Positions 1 through 7,246 of a stretch of DNA of 36,194 bases are shown piece after piece. How positions within the stretch are numbered: position 1 is the first letter of the stretch; every line of letters starts with the position of its first letter. Origin of the DNA: Polyangiaceae bacterium (GTDB taxonomy: Bacteria > Myxococcota_A > Polyangia > Polyangiales > Polyangiaceae); assembly GCA_049578005.1 (NCBI GenBank), contig JBAULD010000067.1, positions 1 to 36,194 on the forward strand, in the 5' to 3' direction. The notes beneath the pieces are model-generated. The model saw nothing but the letters and a program-made list of their open reading frames with translations, made no database searches and was not told the DNA's origin. The position numbers were made by a program, and so were the translations under genes.

Positions 1-146
1 CGTCCACCGAGGACGAGGGACAGAGCGTCGACCACCATGGACTTGCCCGCGCCCGTTTCGCCGGTGATTGCATTGAAGCCGGGGGTGAGCTCGAGCACGA
101 GTCGCTCGATGAGCACGATGTTGCGGATCGATAGCTGGAGCAGCAC
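1..146 (-). CDS. recN: DNA repair protein RecN, N-terminal fragment (gene runs off the left edge)
   Basis: Reverse-strand translation from GTG at 146..144 gives (M)LLQLSIRNIVLIERLVLELTPGFNAITGETGAGKSMVVDALSLVLGG. This is a typical RecN/SMC-like N-terminus with Walker A GETGAGKS. It is absent from the ORF track because the window edge truncates it. Confidence 0.75.
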   Translation of the reverse strand, partial: MLLQLSIRNIVLIERLVLELTPGFNAITGETGAGKSMVVDALSLVLGG

Positions 147-248
147 GGGGGCGATTGTAGGGGTCTTCCCGTGCGCGTGCTCGTGCCCGCTACCGTGCGC
201 GAAATCCGAGCGAGAAAAGGCTTCGTGAAGACCGACGCAGGCCCGTTT

Positions 249-1643
249 TCACGGCTGCTCGTCCAGCCGTTTCTGGATCGCGTCTCGAAGCTTCGAATAT
301 CCCGCGGTGAGGGACACGGTCTTTGCGAAGTCGAGCGCCGCGCGCAGGGCCTCGCGGGCGGCAGGCGCGTTTCCCATCGCCTGGTAGGCGTCGGCCTCGA
401 GCGACCATAAACGCAGCTTTCGCGGACCGTATGCCTTCGCCAGCGCGCGTTGGACCGCGGCTAGGGCGTCGTCGTTCCGCTTCATTGCCAAGTAGGTCGT
501 CGCCAATCGCGCGGGCGGATTGTAATCGCCGGGAAAGTCTCGCTCGGTCTGCTCGAGCATCGGAACCGCGCGCTGCGGTTCGCCAAGCGCCCCGTAGGCC
601 AGCACCCGATGGGCGTCGAACACCGCCCGCGCCGCGGGGCTCGCGGCCCGCCCGGCCTGCTCCTCGAGGAACGCGGCCCACTCCGCCGCGATGCGCTTCG
701 CTTCGCCGTCCTGGCCGAGCTCCCGATACGCGCCGACGACGAAGTCGTAGAGGTCGGATCGGTCGTCCGCCAGAATCGGTTGCGAGCCGTCGGAAGCGAC
801 GCGATGCCCGAGCGCCGCGAGATCGCCGAGCCGCCCGCTCCCCGATCCGCCCCTCGTGAGCTCCTCGGCGCACCCGATCGCCGCGCGCAGGACGTCGGCG
901 AGCGCCGTTCCACCCGGCAACTTCGGTGCTTCGTCGAACCCCGTATCCACACAAGCACCGAACTGACCATCCTCGGCCAGTTGGGTGACGAGTGCATCCA
1001 CCGATTGGGCCCGCCTCGGCCAATCGGGGGGGGCGGCACCGAGCGCTTGTCGATAGGCAGCGATCGCCTCGTCGGCCCTCCCTCCGGCGCTCGCGCGATA
1101 TCCCCGCAAGAGGGCGGAAGACGCAGCGCCTCCTTCCTTGCCTTGGCGGCCCGAGACGGCCGAATCCTCCAGAAGGACCGCGAGCTCGTTGGCCGTCAGG
1201 GACCCCGGCCACGCGAGGATGGGCTTTTCGCTCGTGGGTTCGATCACATAGAGCGTGGGGAGGACTCGGACTCCCAACTTCGAAACCAATCCAGCGTTGT
1301 CTTCGCGCTCCGTGTCGATGGAGAGCCAGACGAACTGGTCGCGGAGGGGCCGGAGCGCGGCGTCCGAGAGGACATAGCTCCGCATACTGAGGCAGGTGTG
1401 GCACCACGGCGCCCACGCGTCGACGAAGATCGGCAATCGGCGGGCGCGCGCAATCGCGAGCGCCCCCGCGTAGTCGTTTTCGATGAAATGGATCGACTTG
1501 TCTTCCGGCGCGGGCGCGACGCCCGCTCGGTGCGCCGGGTCCGTCGCGGCGGCGCATCCGGCCATCAAGAGGAGGCACGACGCCGCGTGAAGGCGCCGGT
1601 GAGCGCTCCCTCTTCGTTCCTCAGGTGTGGCTTTCGCGGCCAT
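249..1643 (-). CDS. Thioredoxin-fold lipoprotein with C-terminal TPR-like helical repeats
   Basis: 464-aa ORF. It has a lipoprotein-type signal ending in lipobox LMAGC, and a thioredoxin-like CxxC segment (FVDAWAPWCHTCLSM). The C-terminal half is Ala/Leu-rich helical repeats (e.g. AYQAMGNAPAAREALRAALDFAK). Confidence 0.7.
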   Translation of the reverse strand: MAAKATPEERRGSAHRRLHAASCLLLMAGCAAATDPAHRAGVAPAPEDKSIHFIENDYAGALAIARARRLPIFVDAWAPWCHTCLSMRSYVLSDAALRPLRDQFVWLSIDTEREDNAGLVSKLGVRVLPTLYVIEPTSEKPILAWPGSLTANELAVLLEDSAVSGRQGKEGGAASSALLRGYRASAGGRADEAIAAYRQALGAAPPDWPRRAQSVDALVTQLAEDGQFGACVDTGFDEAPKLPGGTALADVLRAAIGCAEELTRGGSGSGRLGDLAALGHRVASDGSQPILADDRSDLYDFVVGAYRELGQDGEAKRIAAEWAAFLEEQAGRAASPAARAVFDAHRVLAYGALGEPQRAVPMLEQTERDFPGDYNPPARLATTYLAMKRNDDALAAVQRALAKAYGPRKLRLWSLEADAYQAMGNAPAAREALRAALDFAKTVSLTAGYSKLRDAIQKRLDEQP

Positions 1644-1685
1644 AATGGATGTTCGGCGCTGTTGCCACCATCCGGGCCGAGGCGC

Positions 1686-2561
1686 TCAGACCGCAGGAGG
1701 ACGCGATGAACGCCGCTCTGCCCGGCTCGGATCCCCGGCGTCGTATTGATCGAGGAGCTTCTCGATCGACGCCAAGCTGTTTTCTATAGCGTCTTGCACG
1801 ATCGCGAGCATCGTCGAGCTCGAGCCTTTCAGCGCCTCGTAGTAGCGCTGCCGCTCGGTCGAATGGATGATCGCCGGCGGGCACCCGCTTCGGAGAAGCA
1901 GGAGGTTCATGAAGAGCCGCGCGACCTTTCCGCTATCGCTCGCGAAGGGGAAAATGCGAAGGATGTCGTAATGCGCCCTCGCGGCAAGGCGGACCGGCGG
2001 GCGAGTTCTGCGGGTTTCCGGGTCGTTCACCCAATCGACGACCTGGCGCAGCTTGTACCCGATCTTGTCCGGTGGGGCGTACTCGTGGAAGTAGAGCCGG
2101 TGCTGGGGGATGTCCTTGCGGTATTTTACCGTCTTCACGTCCCCCTCTTCCGGATGGAGCACGCAATAGATGCTCTTGACGAGGTCGACGGTGACGGGCT
2201 GCCGGCGTTTGACAGCGAGCTCGCGCACGAAGTTGAGCGCCTCCCGGTGTCGGCGAATCTCTTCGACGACGGGCTGCGCCGTGGCGTCGAACGCCACATT
2301 CGCGTCGGACGCGCCGATTGCCGTCCGAAGCTCGGTGAGCGTGTAGACCACCCCTTCGAGCGCGCTGTCGTGCGCGACCCAGCTGATGTCCAGATCGGTG
2401 CGGTACTTCGCCTGGACCTCACCGGGTGCGGCCTTGAGCCTATCCTCGAGGAACGCCGTACGCTCCTCCACAGAAGGCGCCTTTTTCGGGGGCGCTGGAG
2501 GGGCGACCGGGGCCTTCTTTTTTGCGGACGTTCGGGGCGGCATCGCGCCAGAGTGGGCCAT
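1686..2561 (-). CDS. Fic/DOC-family protein with degenerate active-site motif
   Basis: 291-aa ORF. The segment AARAHYDILRIFPFASDSGKVARLFMNLLLLRSGCPPAII aligns to the Fic core IHPFxDGNGRxxR plus the following L..G.P helix. The His is Phe and the DGNGR positions read SDSGK. The N-terminus is Lys/Pro/Ala-rich. Confidence 0.6.
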   Translation of the reverse strand: MAHSGAMPPRTSAKKKAPVAPPAPPKKAPSVEERTAFLEDRLKAAPGEVQAKYRTDLDISWVAHDSALEGVVYTLTELRTAIGASDANVAFDATAQPVVEEIRRHREALNFVRELAVKRRQPVTVDLVKSIYCVLHPEEGDVKTVKYRKDIPQHRLYFHEYAPPDKIGYKLRQVVDWVNDPETRRTRPPVRLAARAHYDILRIFPFASDSGKVARLFMNLLLLRSGCPPAIIHSTERQRYYEALKGSSSTMLAIVQDAIENSLASIEKLLDQYDAGDPSRAERRSSRPPAV

Positions 2562-2792
2562 TGAACAGGCAGGCGGCAGAGCTTGGAGGAGCAGAGAGGG
2601 AAAAGCCGAGCGGTACTCGCGCGAAAAGGTTCGCTTTTTGCGGCGAACGCGGAGCGAAGCCCGCGTAGGCTAATGAAGTACGGACAAGCACGTCAAGGTA
2701 GTCTTCTCGGGATGCCGGCGGTCCGCCCTCGAGGCCCGGCGCTCCCTCGCCGGCTTTACGAAGTCCGTTGCGACGGGGTAAGGCTCTGGACG

Positions 2793-3578
2793 ATGCTCGC
2801 GAAGCGGGTGATCCCGTGCCTGGATGTGCAAGGAGGGCGCGTGGTCAAGGGCGTGCGTTTCGTCGGACTGCGCGACGCCGGGGACCCTGTCGAGCAGGCC
2901 ACGCGGTACGACTTCGAGGGGGCGGACGAAGTGGCGCTGCTCGATATCGGCGCCTCTCACGAAGGCCGTGGAACGCTCCTCGACGTCGTCGCCCGCACGG
3001 CGGACGCGGTCTTCGTTCCCCTCACGGTCGGCGGAGGCGTCCGCACCGAGGACGACGTGCGCAGTCTTCTCGCCGCAGGGGCCGACAAAGTCAGCATCAA
3101 TACGGCCGCCGTGAAAACCCCGCTCCTCGTTCGGAGCTGCAGCGATGCCTGGGGGGCCCAGGCCATCGTCGTCGCCATCGACGCCAAGAAACGACACGAC
3201 GGGAGAGGCTGGGGCGTCTTCGTCCACGGCGGCCGAACGGACTCGGGGCTCGACGCGGTGAAGTGGGCGGAGGAGGCCGTCGCGCTGGGGGCGGGTGAAA
3301 TTCTCCTTACCAGTATGGACCGCGACGGGACGCTCGCGGGCTACGACATCGAGCTCACGCGGGCGGTCTCCGATGCCGTTCCTGTCCCGGTCATCGCCAG
3401 CGGCGGCGTCGGGACGCTCGATCACCTTCGCGCCGGCCTCGTCGAGGGACGCGCGAGCGCTGTCCTCGCCGCGAGCATCTTTCATAGTGCAAAATGCTCG
3501 ATCGGCGAAGCGAAGCGCTTTCTCGCGCGCGCCGGCGTGCTCGTGCGACCGGTCGTCGAAGCGGAGCGGCTCGTATGA
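2793..3578 (+). CDS. hisF: Imidazole glycerol phosphate synthase cyclase subunit HisF
   Basis: From the ATG at 2793: [23 protein letters not shown]...[10 protein letters not shown]...ASGGVG..., the classic HisF (beta/alpha)8 signature. The track ORF starts at a TTG at 2583, but that extension is Arg-rich with no homology signal. Confidence 0.95.
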   Translation: MLAKRVIPCLDVQGGRVVKGVRFVGLRDAGDPVEQATRYDFEGADEVALLDIGASHEGRGTLLDVVARTADAVFVPLTVGGGVRTEDDVRSLLAAGADKVSINTAAVKTPLLVRSCSDAWGAQAIVVAIDAKKRHDGRGWGVFVHGGRTDSGLDAVKWAEEAVALGAGEILLTSMDRDGTLAGYDIELTRAVSDAVPVPVIASGGVGTLDHLRAGLVEGRASAVLAASIFHSAKCSIGEAKRFLARAGVLVRPVVEAERLV

Positions 3579-5236
3579 GCGGCGGCGCGCTCGACGCCTC
3601 GGTCACGCTCGACGAAGTGCTTGCGGTCGTTGGTGCCAAGCGCGTCCCTCTCGCGCCGGAGCTGGCCGGGTATCTGGTCCTCGAGATTGCCGAGCACGCC
3701 GACCCGATTGGCGGCAACATCGATCCGAAAAGCGTGTTCGTCGGCGAAGAGGGCACGGTGGCTTTGGTCAAACCGAAGCGGGATCGCAAGAGCGGCGATG
3801 CGGAGGCTTCCATCCGTGAAGTCCTCGGCCGCCTGCTCGAGGCGAGCGGGTCTCAGACCCCGGCGCTCGCCGCCGCGAGCAAACGCAAGAACGGCGCGGG
3901 GTTGCCTGCCCTCGCCGAGGAGCTCGACGCAGCCCTCATCCCCGTCAACCGCGCAGCGGGACGGCGCGCGCTTGCCCGCTTGGCCCGCGAAGTCAAGCGC
4001 GTCACGCTGGGCGTCGGCCGCCATACGCTTCCCTCGTCCCCTCCGCCCCCGTCCCCGCGCCGCGCGCCTGCGTCGGCCTTTTCCGCGGAAGAAGATCCGA
4101 CGGTCACTCGCGCGCCGAAGGCGTCGCCGAAGCACGCCACCCTCACCGACGCGACCGAGATGCCGACCACGGAGTTCGTCCCGGACCGCGGTGGGACGTC
4201 GCATTCGGAGGCCGATGTCGACTCGCTGATCGCTCAATTCAATGTCTCTGGTGGCGGCGAGCAGCAGCACGCCCGTGCGCTGAGGGCGATCGCCGAGCTG
4301 GACCCCACTCCGGCGCCCCCCCGTCGCTTGGCGGACCGTCCGGAACCCAATGAATCCGCCGTAGAAGAGCTGCTGGCCATGCGCAGCGACCCCACGACGA
4401 TCGCAGCGCCTGCGCCTCCCACCAAGCGCGTGCCGCACGTTTCGCGCGGGTTCGAGCGGCAGCTGCCGACGCAGCCTTCCCATCTCAAGAAGCACGCAAC
4501 TTCTGCGAGCGCGCCCCACCTCGACCCGAGGCGCGGCTGGTGGTCGGCCACCGGATTTGCGGTTGCGGCCGTCGCCGCCGGATCGTATGCGATCTGGTGG
4601 CTGCGTTCGGACGTCGCGGTGCGGCGCCAGCCTCCCGCAGCGGCCGCGGCGTCGATCGCACCTTCTCCGAAACACGACGTGCCCCCGGCGTGCGTCGGGG
4701 CCCTCGTGGTCACCGATGTGCCCCTCCACGCCGAAGTGCTCGTGCACGAAGGGCAGGCCCCGGTCGACATTCTCCGGATGCCCGTGGGCGCACGGCTGGA
4801 GTTCGTCGCGACGGCCGAAGGCTACGCACCCAAGCGCGTCGTGGTCCCCGCAGGTCCCGCCGGCTGGGACCCCGGGCCCGACGGCAAGCCGCGTTTCGAA
4901 GCGGCCGTCCAGCTCGATCCGTTCCACCCGCGGGCGGGAGGCGGGGACCCATGGCCCGCGGGCGAACCGGGGAGCGCGGTCGGAGGTGAAGGACCGCCGG
5001 GGACGGTGCGCGTCGTCGCGACTCCGCGAGGCGCCGAAGTCTGGATGCTCGCGGGGATCGGACCGGAGGCGCAGATCGAGCACCTCGCCTGCGACCACGA
5101 CATCGAGGTTCTCTTGGCGGGACCGACCACGTACCGAAAGCGGCTCCGAGTCCGCGCAGCCGACTTCCTCGCCGCGGACCCGAACGCACCGGGTGAACCC
5201 GGAAAGCCGCGCGTGGCCAGAATCAGCGGGAAGTGA
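3575..5236 (+). CDS. Single-pass membrane protein with two C-terminal PEGA-like domains
   Basis: The ATG at 3575 overlaps the hisF stop (ATGA). The 553-aa product has a soluble N-terminal region, a long Pro/Ala/Ser-rich linker and one TM helix ([22 protein letters not shown]). Two PEGA-like beta modules follow ([13 protein letters not shown]...[11 protein letters not shown]; [14 protein letters not shown]...YRKRLRV). Confidence 0.55.
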   Translation: MSGGALDASVTLDEVLAVVGAKRVPLAPELAGYLVLEIAEHADPIGGNIDPKSVFVGEEGTVALVKPKRDRKSGDAEASIREVLGRLLEASGSQTPALAAASKRKNGAGLPALAEELDAALIPVNRAAGRRALARLAREVKRVTLGVGRHTLPSSPPPPSPRRAPASAFSAEEDPTVTRAPKASPKHATLTDATEMPTTEFVPDRGGTSHSEADVDSLIAQFNVSGGGEQQHARALRAIAELDPTPAPPRRLADRPEPNESAVEELLAMRSDPTTIAAPAPPTKRVPHVSRGFERQLPTQPSHLKKHATSASAPHLDPRRGWWSATGFAVAAVAAGSYAIWWLRSDVAVRRQPPAAAAASIAPSPKHDVPPACVGALVVTDVPLHAEVLVHEGQAPVDILRMPVGARLEFVATAEGYAPKRVVVPAGPAGWDPGPDGKPRFEAAVQLDPFHPRAGGGDPWPAGEPGSAVGGEGPPGTVRVVATPRGAEVWMLAGIGPEAQIEHLACDHDIEVLLAGPTTYRKRLRVRAADFLAADPNAPGEPGKPRVARISGK

Positions 5237-5246
5237 GAACGACCGC

Positions 5247-5277
5247 CCCGGGCGCCCTTATTTGACGCGCACCCGGG
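5247..5277. terminator. Candidate GC-rich hairpin between convergent genes
   Basis: CCCGGGCGC (5247..5255) pairs with GCGC-A-CCCGGG (5267..5277) around a 2-nt bulge. The hairpin is followed by CGCTTTC on the plus strand. It lies just after the PEGA-protein stop (5236) and overlaps the last codons of the receiver gene. The T-run is weak. Confidence 0.3.
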
Positions 5278-5647
5278 CGCTTTCACGTACCGGGATCCAC
5301 TCGATTTCTTTGAGCAGCGCCGTCGGACTGAACGGCTTCGTGTAGTAGGCGGTCGCCCCGGCGTCGAGCGCTCGCTGCTTGGATGCATCGTCCGCCAGCG
5401 CACTGATGATGATGATAGGCACCGCACGAGTGGGCCCCTCCTGGCGGAGCCTCCGGCAGACGTCGAAACCGTCGAAGCTCCCGGGCAGGTGCAAGTCGAG
5501 CAGGATCGCGTCGGGCGGCCGGGTGAGCGCGCTGTCGACGCCTTTGGCGCCGCTCGATACGGCCTCGACTTCGTGCCCCCGCGCACGCACCAGCGCCTCG
5601 ATCATGTGCCGGATCGAATCCGAGTCTTCGATGACGAGAATGCGCAT
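5258..5647 (-). CDS. Single-domain response regulator (CheY-like receiver)
   Basis: MRILVIEDSDSIRHMIE...AILLDLHLPG...IIIISA...YYTKPF. The acidic pocket, phospho-acceptor Asp, Ser/Thr and Lys positions are all present. There is no output domain. The ATG at 5647 is preferred over the 5680 ORF start. Confidence 0.9.
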   Translation of the reverse strand: MRILVIEDSDSIRHMIEALVRARGHEVEAVSSGAKGVDSALTRPPDAILLDLHLPGSFDGFDVCRRLRQEGPTRAVPIIIISALADDASKQRALDAGATAYYTKPFSPTALLKEIEWIPVRESARVRVK

Positions 5648-5687
5648 CGCCCTGTCCGCGGATCGCGCGGAGCATGGCACACGAGGC

Positions 5688-7178
5688 TCAACGAGGGAAG
5701 GTGACGATCACCCGGACGCCCCCGCCGATGCCCCCACCGCCGCCTGCCGCCGGGCCGCGCGGCCCCGAGGACGTTTCGGGAAGCGCGTCGGAAAGTTCGA
5801 GAAGCGCTCCTTGAGCCGCCGCCATTTCGGCGGCGATGAACAGCGGCACGCTGCTCGGGCGACCGAACGTCCCCGGCTCGACCTCGAGTGCGAGGATGGG
5901 GCGACGGGCGGAAGCCGGGAGGATGGTTCCCGCGTCGTCGACGACGAGTCGGGGGCCGGGCGCCTGGTCGTCGCTACGCGCACCACCCCTGACTACCGTG
6001 GCGACGACGCCCGAACCGCGCGGCGTAGCGGCAATGGCGTACGCGATCAGCTCTCGGGCCAAGACGGCGGCCAGGCGGGGCGCGACGCGAGAGAGAACAC
6101 GGGTGCTCGGCTCGTCCGGGACCGTCCTCACGCGAAGCTCTACCCCCGCCCGCAAAGCGCGGGCCTCGAGATTCCTGACCTCGCCCCGCACCAACTCGAC
6201 GAGGTCGACTTCGCGCGAAGGCTCCAGTGAGTCGCTCTCGCCTACGGCCGCGAGCTCAGCGACGAACTCCTGCACCGAGAGCAGTCGCCGGCGGATGACT
6301 TCGAGGCGTTCGTCGACCTCTCCACGAGCCGCCATTTCCAGGTCGGGCGAGCTTTTTCGTGGTCCGGGGTAGGCCCGCAGTTCGGCGAGCTCACGCGCCG
6401 CCGGCGAGAGCATCGCCCTCAGGGACGCCGCGATGGCGCCCGCGAGTCGCGCGATGGTGCCAACCCGGTCCGTCACGGGCGAGGACGGAGGAGGATAGGT
6501 GGACGGCGTTATCGGCTCGTCTCCTGCCGCCCACACCGCCGCGAGCTCGCGGGCATACGCCTCCCCTTGCCTTCGGGCCTCGTCGAGCTCCTTGCGCAGC
6601 TTCGCGAGGTCGTCGCGCGCCTCCACCCCTTCGGCCGGTAGGGCCAAGACTTCCATGCTGCCGTCGAGCTCGTAGCGACCGCCATAGCGCAGAGACATGC
6701 GCGCCAGCCACGCGCGCTCGGTATCGGAGGTCGCGGAGCTGTCCGGGCCGAGCATCACGCCGACGACCACTTCATCGCCGTCGCCTCGGATCGTGACCGC
6801 GCTCCCGCTGCTGCTGCCGTGGCCCAGCATGACGTGAAGCATTCGCCGGAGTTCCGCTTCGTCTCCGAAGACCTCGGTCCCGCCGCCCGGTTCGATCGAG
6901 ACCCGAGCTTCCGGCGCGACCTCCCAGAGGAGCGACGCCAGGTCGATCCGCCCCCGGCGTCCGCGAAGCCCGACGGGGCGCGCGTGCAAACTCGAGAGCA
7001 TCTTCATCGTGTCGTCGAGGACCGACAGCGTCGCGTCGACGCCGCTGGCGTCCGCGCCTGGGGACGGGGGAGCTTGCGTGAGCGCCGTCACGCCCTTTCG
7101 CAGTCGCTCCGCGGCGCCTTGGGCCTCCTGCGTCAGCAACCAGCCGAGTTCTTGGCGGGTGAGCCTCCCTTTCGACAC
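5688..7178 (-). CDS. Cytoplasmic histidine-kinase-like protein with two degenerate GHKL/HATPase-like modules
   Basis: 496-aa ORF with a GTG start. It contains two helical-plus-alpha/beta modules separated by a coiled-coil and a Pro-rich linker. Module 2 retains a DxG-like box (LVVDDAGTILP) and a kinase-like C-terminus (GGVRVIVTFPR). I could not find an H-box, N-box or GxGLGL lid. No TM segment is present. Confidence 0.5.
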   Translation of the reverse strand: MSKGRLTRQELGWLLTQEAQGAAERLRKGVTALTQAPPSPGADASGVDATLSVLDDTMKMLSSLHARPVGLRGRRGRIDLASLLWEVAPEARVSIEPGGGTEVFGDEAELRRMLHVMLGHGSSSGSAVTIRGDGDEVVVGVMLGPDSSATSDTERAWLARMSLRYGGRYELDGSMEVLALPAEGVEARDDLAKLRKELDEARRQGEAYARELAAVWAAGDEPITPSTYPPPSSPVTDRVGTIARLAGAIAASLRAMLSPAARELAELRAYPGPRKSSPDLEMAARGEVDERLEVIRRRLLSVQEFVAELAAVGESDSLEPSREVDLVELVRGEVRNLEARALRAGVELRVRTVPDEPSTRVLSRVAPRLAAVLARELIAYAIAATPRGSGVVATVVRGGARSDDQAPGPRLVVDDAGTILPASARRPILALEVEPGTFGRPSSVPLFIAAEMAAAQGALLELSDALPETSSGPRGPAAGGGGGIGGGVRVIVTFPR

Positions 7179-7246
7179 GCACTCGAAGGATGCCAGAAGC
7201 TCGCGCCCGGGTCTATCTCGCGCGCTCGCGCTGGCGCTCTTGGTTG

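Noticed and set aside
147-159. TACAAT hexamer 7 nt upstream of the recN GVT start (GTG), suggesting a possible leaderless promoter
   Set aside because: There is no acceptable -35 at 16-18 nt. A GTG start is a poor leaderless initiator. No LexA-box-like sequence is recognisable, so it cannot be supported from sequence alone.
190-1709. Overlapping ORFs 190..1578 (-), 323..859 (+), 609..1709 (+) and others over the thioredoxin-TPR gene
   Set aside because: Only the 249..1643 frame shows a signal peptide, a CxxC thioredoxin motif and helical repeats. The others are Arg/Pro/Gly-rich shadows.
2583-2700. Histidine-operon-style leader peptide or attenuator upstream of hisF
   Set aside because: There is no short ORF with consecutive His codons. 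Only small generic hairpins are present, reported separately at low interest.
2583-2792. Long N-terminal extensions implied by the track ORFs: hisF from 2583, purD to 22374, lon to 19467, gspG to 33491, gspJ to 31531, gspK to 30506, gspH to 32817
   Set aside because: The extensions are Arg/Ser/Pro-rich and overlap upstream genes. They also precede the point where family homology, prepilin leaders or RBS-backed ATGs begin. Internal starts were chosen instead.
5675-5690. Sigma-54-like TGGCAC element (TGGCACacgagGCTCA)
   Set aside because: The -12 element is not TTGC. It points on the plus strand into the 3' end of a minus-strand gene, with no plus-strand gene downstream.
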